Shown here one piece after another: positions 39,199 to 49,103 of a stretch of DNA of 64,000 nucleotides. Numbering within the stretch: position 1 is the first letter of the stretch; the number at the start of each line of letters is the position of its first letter. The stretch covers positions 3,360,001 through 3,424,000 of the forward strand of contig JASGJH010000001.1 of NCBI GenBank assembly GCA_047601445.1. The letters run 5' to 3'. The DNA comes from Myxococcales bacterium (lineage in GTDB: Bacteria > Myxococcota_A > Polyangia > Polyangiales > DASUME01). The translations under genes were made by a program, and so were the position numbers. The notes below the pieces were generated by a model. It worked only from the letters and a program-made list of their open reading frames with translations. It was not told where the DNA came from and ran no database searches.

Positions 39199-40359
39199 CT
39201 ACTCGCAGGGCGTGACCCCGAGTGCCTTCGGGCAAGCATCAGGGTTACCGTCGAGGGCCTTGCTCGCCTGCAATACTCGGCATTCGAGCGTGTCGCCCTT
39301 GGCGCCGGCCACACTGTAGCCTCCCGAGAACGGCAGGGCCTTGCACTGGCTGATGCAAGTCCCCATGGCATCGCTGCCGGCGAAGTGCTCGGCGAATCCC
39401 TGCGTGCAGCCGGTCTGAGCGAGCCCACAGTAGACCTCGCACGGATCGCCGCAGGGCTGAGCGGCGATGGGGCCCGCGCTGGGGCAGCTGGTGGCGTCCA
39501 CCAGAGATGCGTAGCCGCGCCAGCGGCGGCATGCGACCGAGTTCCCGGTGACCTGCTTGGCCAAGCCAGACGGCAGGGCGTTGCACACCGCCATGCACTG
39601 CGATCGGCTCCCGTACAGCGCGCGATCGCCCGTGCACGCGACGCCGACCAGCTTGCAGTAGTCGCCGCAGTCCGGCTCGGTGTCGGGGCCGAGATCGCAG
39701 CTCACTGCGTCCGAAGGATCGGGCACCAGGGCGGCGTGGCCACAGTGTGTGTCGGGATCCGTGAAAGAAGCCACCGAGAGATGCGCGAGGCGACACTGGA
39801 TGGTGTCCGGGAAGGTCATGAAGTCCTGCTCGGCGTTCACCACCTCGTTGTCGTGCAGCGCGCTGCACTGGCGCTCGCATTCCGCGCGATCCAGGTCTGG
39901 CTGACACACCGCCTGGAACAGCGAACAGTACCCCTGGCAGTTGGTGCCGCAGTTCTTCACCGAGCCCGGCGCGCCGCCCCCGGGTCCCGCGGCGGGGCAA
40001 TAGGCGGGGATCTCGAACGGCACGTTCTTGAGCGTTGCGGCCTGCTCGGCGCGCGCCTTTCGACACGCCAACGTGTTCTGGTTGGACTCGGGATCGGCGT
40101 GCAGATCGAAGTGTTGGCAGACCGCCAGACAAATGGCGTGGGAACCTCCGAAGTCAGGCAAGTCGACGAAGGTGTCGTTGTCGCCCGAACAGGCATCGAT
40201 GACGTCGTCACAATAGGTTTGGCAGGCGGAGCTCGGCTGCACGACGCCGCCCGTGCCCGCGTCATCGTCGAGGGTGCGACCGTCCAGGCCGATCAGCTTT
40301 TGACAGCCGAGCACCCCGAACGCGCACGAGAGCCCCAAAACTGCGTGGGAAAGACGCAT
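39199..40359 (-). CDS. Cys-rich lipoprotein with CxxYC repeats
   Basis: Lipobox VLGCQ.LIG; repeated CxxYC...C...CxxxC...(N/D)TxxCR units; TGATG coupling to the upstream gene. Confidence 0.8.
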   Translation of the reverse strand: MRLSHAVLGLSCAFGVLGCQKLIGLDGRTLDDDAGTGGVVQPSSACQTYCDDVIDACSGDNDTFVDLPDFGGSHAICLAVCQHFDLHADPESNQNTLACRKARAEQAATLKNVPFEIPAYCPAAGPGGGAPGSVKNCGTNCQGYCSLFQAVCQPDLDRAECERQCSALHDNEVVNAEQDFMTFPDTIQCRLAHLSVASFTDPDTHCGHAALVPDPSDAVSCDLGPDTEPDCGDYCKLVGVACTGDRALYGSRSQCMAVCNALPSGLAKQVTGNSVACRRWRGYASLVDATSCPSAGPIAAQPCGDPCEVYCGLAQTGCTQGFAEHFAGSDAMGTCISQCKALPFSGGYSVAGAKGDTLECRVLQASKALDGNPDACPKALGVTPCE

Positions 40360-41372
40360 CAGAATACTCCTCCTAGATCGAGGCCCGCGAAGGCTGGTGA
40401 GAGCGCCGGCCGCAGACTCAAGCGCCGCGGCTTGGGCGCCGTGAAAAAGAGCACCGCGCCGGCCGCCACGAGCACGCCGCCCGCGATGAAGGCGCCATTC
40501 GAGATGCGCGCGGCGTCGTTGGCCTGATCGCTCAGTCGTATGCCGCGCGGCGTGCAGCGATCGTGGGGGCAATCCGCCTCCGCGTCGTTGTTCTTCATGA
40601 TGGCCTTGATGCCGAAGCCGCCGCCGAGGGCCAGACCGACTACACCGGCTGCTCCGAGCGCGACGCCCACGGCTCGCTGCACCGTGCCGTCGCGTGTACC
40701 GTCCCGTTCGCTGACTGCCGGCGCGCCACCGACCTGGAGTCGGCCCTGGGCCGTCTGTGGTGCGTCGCTCGCAGGCAGCACACTCACGGGCGGCGCACTC
40801 AGGGGCGGCACGGAGATGCGCTCGCGAGCTCCGTTGTCCGGCACGTGCACGCTGGTCGACCAGGCGTTGCGCCCTGGCGCGCGCGCGTCGATACGCTGGG
40901 GGCCCGGATCGACGGGAATCGGGATGCCCCACAACCCCGGGGCCACCAGCGTACCGTTGCGGGAGATCTCGAGCCCCTCCGTGCTGCTGCCCGCGGGGAC
41001 CTCCAGCGTGAGCGTCGACAGATTGCGCTCGAGCTTGTCGGCCCGCTTGCGCCCGGCGTCGGCACGCTCGGCCTGTCCGGCCGCTGCCGCCTGCGACGAA
41101 GCCTCACGAAACATGGCCCATGCGCTCGCCGTGCGACCAAGGCGCTCGTAGCACTCGGCGAGGTAGAGCATGGTACCGATGCCGTGCTCGATGGCCTGGC
41201 TCTGCTCCAACCGTGTGCAGGCCTCGGCGAAGTTGCCCTCGCGCATCAGCGCGAGCCCACGGTCGAACAGCGCCTCGGCCGCGGCTTTGTCGGCCGCTTG
41301 TGTTTGGGCCCACGCACTCGAGCTCGAGACCACGAGGGACATGACGCAAGCACACAGCCAACGCAGATTCAT
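40359..41372 (-). CDS. Secreted TPR / PEGA-like protein
   Basis: Signal; AEALFDRG...LAECYERLGRTASAW TPR; PVDPG beta-domain; hydrophobic C-terminal segments. Confidence 0.8.
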   Translation of the reverse strand: MNLRWLCACVMSLVVSSSSAWAQTQAADKAAAEALFDRGLALMREGNFAEACTRLEQSQAIEHGIGTMLYLAECYERLGRTASAWAMFREASSQAAAAGQAERADAGRKRADKLERNLSTLTLEVPAGSSTEGLEISRNGTLVAPGLWGIPIPVDPGPQRIDARAPGRNAWSTSVHVPDNGARERISVPPLSAPPVSVLPASDAPQTAQGRLQVGGAPAVSERDGTRDGTVQRAVGVALGAAGVVGLALGGGFGIKAIMKNNDAEADCPHDRCTPRGIRLSDQANDAARISNGAFIAGGVLVAAGAVLFFTAPKPRRLSLRPALSPAFAGLDLGGVF

Positions 41373-41432
41373 GGGTCACTCCGCTTGCAACGCGCGCAGA
41401 CGGCGCGCTCTTGGGGTTCTGCTGGCGTCAGC

Positions 41433-42923
41433 TCAACGTCTGCCGCCGAAATCGGATATGCCGTGGGGACTGCCGGTTTCCTGAGGAATTTTTCCGCTCG
41501 CCTCGGGCCCGGGTACTCCGGAGGGCCTCGCCGGGGCCGGCTCCGAACTGGGCTTGGGACGCGTGCGCGGCACCTTGGGCGCCGGGCTGGGATCCGCGGC
41601 AACCTGCGCAGGCGGCACCTCGGAGGGAACGGCCGCGACTGGCTCGCTGGATGGCTTGGGCTCGCCGAGCGCGTCGTTCCCCACGGGCTTGAGGAGGGAC
41701 GTGCTGGGCACCGGAGCGTCGCCGCTCGCCACGCTCGGCAAAGGCGGCACGGGGGGCTGGCCGACGTTCCGGGTCCCCGCATCGGCGCCGATGGTGAGGG
41801 CCGCGTTTCCCGTGTCGCGTGCACCGCCCGCGAGTCGTCGCGAAAGCGCCGCACTCAAGCCTGCGCCAGCGACCAACAACAACACCAGCAGCGCCCAACG
41901 ACGCCGTGACCAACCTGGTGGGGCGTCCAGCTGTGCGCCGCTCGGTACGCGAACGGACGCCTCATGCGGCGCCGACGCGCTCTGGTGACTCTGGCGCGGA
42001 GGAGGCGGATGCGAGGACACCTTCACCGTGCGCGATACGGAGACCTGGGGCGTGGGCGCGAAAGGCAAGAGCGCCTGGGAGAACTCTTGGGCGCTCGCGT
42101 AGCGCTCGTCGCGCGACTTCTTGAGCGCGCGCATGACGATTCCCTCGAGTCCCACGGGCAGGTTCAAGCCCAGGCTCGAGAGCGGCTCGGCTTCGGTCGT
42201 GAGTACGGCGGTGACGAGCTGCGGAATGGTCTCGCCATAGAAAGGCGTGCGACCCGTGAGGAGCTCGTAGAGGATGATGCCGAGCGCCCAGATGTCCGTG
42301 CGGCCATCGACATCCCTGGAGGAGTTCAATTGCTCCGGAGACATATAAATGGGCGACCCCACCAGCGACGCCGTCTTGGTCAGCGTGCGGTGCGGCGTGC
42401 CCGAACTCGACAGCGACTTCGAGACGCCGAAGTCCAGCACCTTGAGCAAGCGCCCCCCATCGGGGCGCTGCACCATGAACAGATTGGCGGGCTTGAGATC
42501 GCGGTGCACGATGCCGCAACCGTGGGCCTCGCTCAGCGCCTCGCAGGCCTCACGCACGATGCGCACGGCCTCGACCGCGGGCAACTTGCCGCGCTGAGCA
42601 AGCTCGTCCGCCAGGTCCATCCCCTCCAGGTACTCCATCACCAGGAAGGGTGTGCCATCGTCGAGCGCTCCCGTATCGAGCACACGACACACGTGCTGGC
42701 TGCGGATACGCGCGGCCGCGCGGGCCTCACGCTGGAAACGTTCGATCGCCGATTCGTCGTGCTGCAGGCGCTCGCGCAGGAGCAACTTGATGGCGACGCG
42801 CTGATCGAGGCCCGTGTGCCACGCCGCGATGACGACGCCCATGCCGCCCTCGCCCAGGACGCGCTCCACCACGTACTTGTTGGCGATTATCTGGCCCGTC
42901 GCGACCGGAGAGGAGTTGCGCAT
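41433..42923 (-). CDS. Membrane Ser/Thr protein kinase
   Basis: LGEGGMG, VAIK, HRDLKPAN, DFG, YMSPEQ, TM helix, Pro-rich tail. Confidence 0.93.
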   Translation of the reverse strand: MRNSSPVATGQIIANKYVVERVLGEGGMGVVIAAWHTGLDQRVAIKLLLRERLQHDESAIERFQREARAAARIRSQHVCRVLDTGALDDGTPFLVMEYLEGMDLADELAQRGKLPAVEAVRIVREACEALSEAHGCGIVHRDLKPANLFMVQRPDGGRLLKVLDFGVSKSLSSSGTPHRTLTKTASLVGSPIYMSPEQLNSSRDVDGRTDIWALGIILYELLTGRTPFYGETIPQLVTAVLTTEAEPLSSLGLNLPVGLEGIVMRALKKSRDERYASAQEFSQALLPFAPTPQVSVSRTVKVSSHPPPPRQSHQSASAPHEASVRVPSGAQLDAPPGWSRRRWALLVLLLVAGAGLSAALSRRLAGGARDTGNAALTIGADAGTRNVGQPPVPPLPSVASGDAPVPSTSLLKPVGNDALGEPKPSSEPVAAVPSEVPPAQVAADPSPAPKVPRTRPKPSSEPAPARPSGVPGPEASGKIPQETGSPHGISDFGGRR

Positions 42924-43307
42924 TAGGGTCCTCGGTGAGCACCGCGCCCGCAGATGTCTCGAAACCTAGTCGAGCCATGAGGACGAGGCGAGCGCCGCCC
43001 TCGCGAGAGTGGAACGGAATCGACCGAGCCGTGAGTAAAAGCGGACGAGGCACGCACTTCGCGGCCAGGAGTTTTCGCCCCGTTATCGAGCGCGACTCCG
43101 GACGATGGCGAATGCCTACGCGTAGACAGTCCGCCACGAGCCGGTCCTGGACGAGGATCGTGCATTTACGTGATGTACGAGCGAATGCGCGGAGTGCTCC
43201 CCGCGTCGAGGCCTGATTTCGCCGGTGGCGCAGGCATGATGCACGGCTGCACGATCCATTGCGCAACTTGCGCAAGTCAGCGGCCGTGCGCGCTTAGTCA
43301 GGTGGAA

Positions 43308-44228
43308 CTAGAAGCAGTCGGCCAGCTGACTCAGTTCCTTGCGCGCGAGCTCGGCCGTGACCAGCAAGGGGAGCTCGAAGCGTGGCAGCGGCAACTCTTC
43401 CTGGACGCGAGCCAGCGCGTCCGCCTGCACGCGCTCGCGCAGCGTGCGCCGACGGCCGGCCACCAGCAGCGAATGGATGGGGCTTTCAGGCGCGATATCA
43501 CGCGCCACCGAGGTAACGATGTCCCCCTCTTCGGCGCTGAACAGCCTGGGCAGCAGGCCATTGACCACGAGGCCCGCCACGGGCAGCCCGAGCTCGTCCC
43601 GCAGCGCTGCGTTGAGCTCGATGCTCTCACTCACCGGCATGTCTTCGGGCAACGTGACGATCAGCGCGCCAGCGCGCGTAGGGTCCGCGAACAACTCCCA
43701 GGCTCGCTCGGCTTCGCGCCGCAAGAGGCCGGGCGGCGCCACGTCGAGCAGCACGCGCGGCACGCGCATCATCTCCAGCCCATGGCCGGTGGCGGGCGAG
43801 TCGAGGATCACCATGTCGTAGCGCTTGCGCCCGTCGGGCGTGAGCTCGCGCGCGTGAAACTGCGCCTTGCCGAGCATCGACCAAGCCTCGATGCCGGGCG
43901 TGCCGCGCAGGAAGGCCGCCACCAATCGGTTCTCGAAGATGGCGCGGTACAGCGCGCGCACCTTGAGCACCATCATGCCGTACTCTTCGAGGGCTTCCTT
44001 GGGGTTCATGTTGACGGCGTCGATGCCCGGCAACACGGTCTGGTTGTAGGCCCCGATAGGCGGTACTTCGAGCAGCTGACTGACGCGCTCCTTGGCGTTG
44101 CACATTGCGATCAGCACGCGCTTGCCACGCCGCGCGGCGGCCAACGCCAGAGCGGTACTCACGGTGGTTTTACCCACTCCGCCTTTGCCCACCACTGTCA
44201 CGAACTGCAGATTGAACAGATCAGGCAT
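43308..44228 (-). CDS. ArsA/Get3 family ATPase
   Basis: GKGGVGKTT, LDSPATGH, TLPEDMPVSE, VVN. Confidence 0.88.
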   Translation of the reverse strand: MPDLFNLQFVTVVGKGGVGKTTVSTALALAAARRGKRVLIAMCNAKERVSQLLEVPPIGAYNQTVLPGIDAVNMNPKEALEEYGMMVLKVRALYRAIFENRLVAAFLRGTPGIEAWSMLGKAQFHARELTPDGRKRYDMVILDSPATGHGLEMMRVPRVLLDVAPPGLLRREAERAWELFADPTRAGALIVTLPEDMPVSESIELNAALRDELGLPVAGLVVNGLLPRLFSAEEGDIVTSVARDIAPESPIHSLLVAGRRRTLRERVQADALARVQEELPLPRFELPLLVTAELARKELSQLADCF

Positions 44229-44291
44229 CCAGGCGATTTCTCTTCTCGAAAGAGGGGAGTCTACCAGCATTAGGGCCGCGCGCAGGTGGGG

Positions 44292-44945
44292 TCAACCGGG
44301 CGCCTCGACGAGCAGGTCGGCAGGCGCCGGGACGAGTAGCGCCGTGAGCTCCTCCGGGGAGCCGTCCAGGGCTAGCCAACGCTCGACGGCATCCACCGAG
44401 CCGAGCACTGCAGGCATGCGCCCGTGAATGGGGGCCACCCGTTCGTTCGGCGGCACAGTGATGACCGCGTACGTGCCTACCCGCTCCCCGGAAGGGGCAC
44501 GCCAGCTCGCCCATAGCCCAGCCAGGGGCAGGAAGGGCAGCTCCGACCCCACCAGCCGGAACACGAAGCGCTGGCTGCGCTTGCCCTCCTTGTGCCATTC
44601 GTAGAACGCGCTCACCGGAACCACGCAGCGGCGACTGCGGAAGGCTTCTCGAAAGGCTGGCTTTTGCTCCAGAGTCTCGGCGCGAGCGTTGAACATCTTG
44701 TCCCCCTCGGCCAGGGAGGTCGCCCAGTGCGGCACCAGGCCCCAGCGCGACAGCCCGAGCCAGCGCTCGGCCTGGGCACGCTCGGAGCTCGGCTTGCGGG
44801 TCAGTACGATGGGGCCCTGCATGCGCGGAAAGTGCTCACGGGCCAGGCCCGCCAGCGTTTCCCCGAGCTCGGGCATGCTGACGTCGACGCGAAACGCCGA
44901 GATCAGCGCTTCCGGATCGGCATCGAGCTCATAGCCCCCACACAT
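44292..44945 (-). CDS. SOS response-associated peptidase (SRAP/YedK/HMCES family)
   Basis: N-terminal MCG, WGLVP, FNARAET, FYEW, HGRMP. Confidence 0.92.
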   Translation of the reverse strand: MCGGYELDADPEALISAFRVDVSMPELGETLAGLAREHFPRMQGPIVLTRKPSSERAQAERWLGLSRWGLVPHWATSLAEGDKMFNARAETLEQKPAFREAFRSRRCVVPVSAFYEWHKEGKRSQRFVFRLVGSELPFLPLAGLWASWRAPSGERVGTYAVITVPPNERVAPIHGRMPAVLGSVDAVERWLALDGSPEELTALLVPAPADLLVEAPG

Positions 44946-44974
44946 CCGCTCAAGACTGGGGCACGCGGCGGTCG

Positions 44975-45676
44975 CTAGCCAGCCTGGAGCTCGATACGGA
45001 ACACATTTCGCCCCAGCTTTTCCTGGCTAGACAGGCGGGCGCCCAGGGTGCGCGCAAGGATGCCCGCCGCGAACAGGCCGAGCCCACGCCCGTAGCGCCC
45101 ATCGGCGCGCCCCTTGATTTGCAGCTGGCCGTCCAAGGTGAAAGCCACATCCCCCAGGCTGGCTGCGAGGGGCTTGCCCTCGTCGCTGACCTCCACCGCC
45201 ACCTTGCCCTCATCGAGCACGGCCCGCACCACCACGGTCTTGCCGGGTGCGTGTTGGTGACCGTTGCTGATCAGCAGCTCGATCAGGCGCTCGAGGGCCT
45301 CACCGCCGACCACGTTGAGCTCACGCTCCGGCGGGATGAACATGACCGAGCCGAACTTGATGCGCCCCTGGGCGCGGTCGAAGACCTGCCGCAAGTCCTG
45401 CACGGTGGTGGGGTGCGTCTCGTGCTCGTTGAAATAACGGCCCATCCAGGCAAGCTGGTCGAGCCCGCGCATGAGATCCCCGAGCGCTTGCTGAGAGTCC
45501 GCCAAGGCCTCTTGAAGCTCGGACGACGGCAACGTGGGATCGCCGATACCGTCACGCACGAAGCCGAGGTTGGCCGCCAGGGTCGCGGCGGGATTACGTA
45601 GATCGTGAACGATCAATCCGAACAACCATTCCAACTGAGCAGGCTGCGCTTCGGGCACCATTCCCTCCGACGCCAC
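44975..45676 (-). CDS. Stand-alone HisKA/HATPase histidine-kinase-like protein
   Basis: VHDLRNP, N-box SNGHQH, DEG, GLGL; no sensor domain. Confidence 0.75.
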   Translation of the reverse strand: MASEGMVPEAQPAQLEWLFGLIVHDLRNPAATLAANLGFVRDGIGDPTLPSSELQEALADSQQALGDLMRGLDQLAWMGRYFNEHETHPTTVQDLRQVFDRAQGRIKFGSVMFIPPERELNVVGGEALERLIELLISNGHQHAPGKTVVVRAVLDEGKVAVEVSDEGKPLAASLGDVAFTLDGQLQIKGRADGRYGRGLGLFAAGILARTLGARLSSQEKLGRNVFRIELQAG

Positions 45677-45690
45677 AACTGTTCAATGCC

Positions 45691-46680
45691 TCAAGGAAAT
45701 GGCAACACGTCGTCTTCACCGTAGCGATCGATCAGTGCGGCCACATAGGAGAGCAGCGTCAGCCGGCGTTCCTCGAGCGCGGCCCACTGGGCGCTCGTCA
45801 GGACCGCACCCAGCCCCCGCGCGCGCAAGGTTTGCTCGAGCTTGTGTGGGTCGTTCGCCTTGAGACTTTCCACGAAACTTCGGGAAAATCGCTGCACGCG
45901 CCGGAGCCGGGTGAGGAGACGTCCCCGTTGGGTCGCAGACAGAGGATCGCCGAAGGCCACGTTGTGGTCCCGGAAGTAGATGAAACTCTCACTATGATCA
46001 CCCTGAGCGTTGGCCCCGCTGAAGCGGTCCCAGTTGGCGATCAAGTAGTCGAAACACACCATCGTGCTGATCTGCGCAGCCAGGACGCGCGACTTGTCGC
46101 GGTCTGACAGCGGGTGCTCCTGAGACAGCCAGCGTGACCAGCGCTCCACCCCCTCCTCGTTGTCGAGCCCGAGCTCGTGCAAGTCCGGGATCCAGTAGAT
46201 GGCCGCACCCTGCACGCTGCCATCGCGCACGATCATGCCCGCCTCGAGTTCTGGCCAGCGCTCCTGATAGCGACCGCGCAACCATCCCTGGAGCTGCGCC
46301 ACCGAGAAACTGCGCTGCACGGCCGGCACCACGTTGGCGATGCCCAGAGCGCGCCCGACGGCGAAGGCGGCCAGCTCCGCGCGATAGCCCTCGGGGTGAG
46401 CCTTGGAGGCCGGCTTGAAGGCGGCATCGACGGGGCCGGCCAGGTCCATCTTGAAGGCCACCGAGCTGGTGCCCACGGGCTTTAACGAGATCGGTTGGGC
46501 GCTGCCCAGGGCTGCTTCGATCTCGGCGACGGAAACTCCCGCGTCAACGCCGAACTCTTGCGAGTCCTCGGGACGCGCTTGCGCATGCGCCGAGTCGCGC
46601 AGCGCCAACCCGGAGTGCCACCACGACACCGTGAGGGCCAGGGCGATCCAGAGCAGCTTCCTTCGCGACACGCAAGACAT
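45691..46680 (-). CDS. Exported atypical kinase-fold protein (Fam20/PI4K/HipA-like)
   Basis: Signal SRRKLL...AHA; AAFKP, ELAAF...LG, FDYLIANWDR, DHN. Confidence 0.6.
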   Translation of the reverse strand: MSCVSRRKLLWIALALTVSWWHSGLALRDSAHAQARPEDSQEFGVDAGVSVAEIEAALGSAQPISLKPVGTSSVAFKMDLAGPVDAAFKPASKAHPEGYRAELAAFAVGRALGIANVVPAVQRSFSVAQLQGWLRGRYQERWPELEAGMIVRDGSVQGAAIYWIPDLHELGLDNEEGVERWSRWLSQEHPLSDRDKSRVLAAQISTMVCFDYLIANWDRFSGANAQGDHSESFIYFRDHNVAFGDPLSATQRGRLLTRLRRVQRFSRSFVESLKANDPHKLEQTLRARGLGAVLTSAQWAALEERRLTLLSYVAALIDRYGEDDVLPFP

Positions 46681-46697
46681 GGGGCGACGCAAGCTTA

Positions 46698-46730
46698 GTC
46701 GAAGCGCGACCGCGGGCGACGCGTGCAGAG
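46698..46730 (-). repeat. Repeat family A, degenerate copy in reverse orientation
   Basis: Reverse complement reads ctctgcacgcgtcgcccgcggtcgcgcttcgac. Confidence 0.65.
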
Positions 46731-46742
46731 CAGACCCGGCTC

Positions 46743-46871
46743 TCAGCGTTTCCGCTCACGTTGCTTGCGCGCCAGTTCGGCACGCGCAGCCTTGGCTCCA
46801 TACACGAAGCCCAGGGCGAAGCCGATCAGCAGGACACCGGGGATGTACAGGACGTGGGCGGCGGACGGCAT
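46743..46871 (-). CDS. Small 42-aa membrane protein (MPSAAHVLYIPGVLLIGFALGFVYGAKAARAELARKQRERKR)
   Basis: Starts 3 nt after the CcmD-like stop; one TM helix plus basic tail. Below the ORF-track cutoff. Confidence 0.65.
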   Translation of the reverse strand: MPSAAHVLYIPGVLLIGFALGFVYGAKAARAELARKQRERKR

Positions 46872-46874
46872 GGC

Positions 46875-47153
46875 TCAGGCCTTGCGCTTTTGCTCGAGTA
46901 GGGCCGACAGGCGCTCCACTTCCGCGGCCGTGCGGCGCTGCATCAGACCCAGCCGAGCCACATAGGCGAGCAGCGCGGCGAGCACGAAGCCGTAGGCGCC
47001 GATGAGCAAGGGACCGCCGGGGACGCTCTCCTTTTGCGGGCCCTCGACGGCCTGGAACGTGGTGGCGCGGCTCTCCTCCGCGCCTTCCTGGGCCTGGGCG
47101 ATGCCCGACCATCCGAGCCAGAGCACGAGACCAAGCGTTCGAATCCAACTCAT
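46875..47153 (-). CDS. CcmD-like heme exporter subunit with N-terminal signal peptide
   Basis: ATGA overlap with ccmC; LIGAYGFVLAALLAYV TM followed by a charged helix. Confidence 0.6.
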   Translation of the reverse strand: MSWIRTLGLVLWLGWSGIAQAQEGAEESRATTFQAVEGPQKESVPGGPLLIGAYGFVLAALLAYVARLGLMQRRTAAEVERLSALLEQKRKA

Positions 47154-47869
47154 GCGTGTTCCTCCAACAGACCGAGCTCGGCCGCGTCGAGCTCCAAGAG
47201 CTGCACCCGCTGACGTTCGCGCTCCGCCCGAGCGCGCGCCCAAATCAAGAGCGACGATAGCGCCAGAAAGGCCAGGCCGCTGATGCGCAGGGCGCTCGCC
47301 ATGTCAGGGTGAAGCCCGCCGCCCTTGGCGGTGATCACGGTGGGGTGCTGACCGCGCCACAGCTGCACGCTGTAGTGGATGATGGGCATCAAGGCGCCGC
47401 CGAGCAGGGCCAAGCCCGCCGCGAAGCGTCGCTCGACCTCCCCGGTGGAGCCGAGATTCCGCAGCAGCAGGTAGGCCGCGTAGATCATGCCCGTGAGCAG
47501 CGTGGTGGTGAGGCGCGGATCCCAGGTCCAGCCGGTGCCCCACGCCTTGTAGGCCCACAACGGGCCCGTGACCATCACGATCACGCAGAACACGGAGCCG
47601 ACCTCGGCGCCCCCGACCGCCACCGCCTCCCACGCGTCATTGCGCTTGGCGAGATAGACCGCGCTGCCGATCACGCTGAGCGTGTACCCCACGTACATGG
47701 CCCAGGCGCTGGGCACGTGAAAGTAGAAGATCTTCTGCACGATCCCCATCTGCAGCTCCACCGGGGCCACCGCGAAGATCACGTACAGGGCGCGCGCCAG
47801 CAGCAGACCGGTGACGACCGCCAAGAGGACGAATCCCCAGGGCGGTTTGGGCGAGGGCGAAGGACTCAT
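47150..47869 (-). CDS. ccmC: Heme exporter protein C (cytochrome c maturation)
   Basis: IFYFHVPSAW, TGPLW..AWG..WTWDPRLTT, HYSV.LWR.QHP. Confidence 0.92.
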   Translation of the reverse strand: MSPSPSPKPPWGFVLLAVVTGLLLARALYVIFAVAPVELQMGIVQKIFYFHVPSAWAMYVGYTLSVIGSAVYLAKRNDAWEAVAVGGAEVGSVFCVIVMVTGPLWAYKAWGTGWTWDPRLTTTLLTGMIYAAYLLLRNLGSTGEVERRFAAGLALLGGALMPIIHYSVQLWRGQHPTVITAKGGGLHPDMASALRISGLAFLALSSLLIWARARAERERQRVQLLELDAAELGLLEEHA

Positions 47870-47909
47870 GGCGGACAGCCTAGCGCGAAGCTATCTCCCC
47901 TGAAACAAC

Positions 47910-49100
47910 GTGGCAAAGCCCCGACGCCAGAGCTATTTCCCCCTCCCCCTTAGCGAGACCTTTTTGGGCTCCCTGACCCGAACCGGCCGCAAGCTGGCCC
48001 TGGGCCCCTCGGCAGGGGGTGCGCTCTCGGACGCGGTGGCCGAGCTGAGCCGCGTCTATACGCGCGAACGCGACGCGCTCGCCGAGCGCAGCCGGGGCCA
48101 GACGGTGCTGGGGGCGCGGCTCGCCTTCTTTCTGCCGCGCGATCTGGTCAAGGTCCTCGGTCCGCTGTCCGAGATAAAGGACTGGCTCGTAGCGCACCCG
48201 GAGCGCAGCCTGCGCGTGCTCGACGTCGGTGCCGGCCTCGGCGCCACCAGCCTGGGCCTCTCGCGTTTCCTGCGGCTCGCGGGTGCCCGCGTGGAGCGCC
48301 TAGAGGTCACGGCCCTCGAGCGCGATGCGCGGGCCCTCTCCGTGTTCGAGCACCTGTGCGGTGAGTTGGTCGCGATGCCGGACGAATTCGTGCCGATTCA
48401 GCTCGACGCGCGGACCCAGGACGTGAGCGATGCGCGCCTGGGCAGCGAGTTCGACCTGGTGTTGTTCGGCTTCGTGCTCAACGAGCTCTACACGGACCTC
48501 CCCGTCGAGCAGCGCATCACGCGGCGCACCCAGCTGCTCGAGCAAGCCGCGAGCAGGCTGCGACCGGGCGGCGCAGTGATCGTGCTCGAGCCCGCGCTCA
48601 AGGAGAGCACGCGGGAGCTGATGCGCGTGCGCGACGAGCTCGCCGCAAGCCCCAAGGCTCCCTTCGTGTTCGCGCCCTGCACGCGCCTGGGTCCATGCCC
48701 GATGCTCGCTGGCGAACGCGATTGGTGTCACCAGGAACTGCCGTATGTGCTGCCTCCCGCGCTCGCGCAGGTGGCCCAGGGCGCGGGCCTACGCTTCGAG
48801 GGCTTGAGCTATGCGAGCCTCGTGCTGCGCAACGAGCCGCGCGTCTTCACGCCGGCGCCGGGGGCCGAAGGAGACGCGCTCTACCGCATCGTAAGCGAGC
48901 GACTCGAGAGCAAGGGCAAGCTCGAGCTGTACGGCTGCGGCGAGGCCGGCTACGTGCGCTTTACGCGGCTCGAGCGCGACGACAGCGAGGAGAACCGCGC
49001 CTTCGGGGAAGCCCGCCGCGGAGACCTCTTGCGCATCGCCGAACCACTGGATCCCCCTGGGCGGCTCGGCAAACAAACCCGCGCAAAGCGCCAGTCGTAG
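47910..49100 (+). CDS. Rsm22-family SAM-dependent methyltransferase
   Basis: VLDVGAGLG, VLNEL, LEP, APC...CP....DWCH, late C. Confidence 0.8.
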   Translation: MAKPRRQSYFPLPLSETFLGSLTRTGRKLALGPSAGGALSDAVAELSRVYTRERDALAERSRGQTVLGARLAFFLPRDLVKVLGPLSEIKDWLVAHPERSLRVLDVGAGLGATSLGLSRFLRLAGARVERLEVTALERDARALSVFEHLCGELVAMPDEFVPIQLDARTQDVSDARLGSEFDLVLFGFVLNELYTDLPVEQRITRRTQLLEQAASRLRPGGAVIVLEPALKESTRELMRVRDELAASPKAPFVFAPCTRLGPCPMLAGERDWCHQELPYVLPPALAQVAQGAGLRFEGLSYASLVLRNEPRVFTPAPGAEGDALYRIVSERLESKGKLELYGCGEAGYVRFTRLERDDSEENRAFGEARRGDLLRIAEPLDPPGRLGKQTRAKRQS

Positions 49101-49103
49101 CGT

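Noticed and set aside
43259..43275. Doubled palindrome TTGCGCAA in the intergenic region upstream of the kinase
   Set aside because: Too short to support a regulatory call without conservation data.
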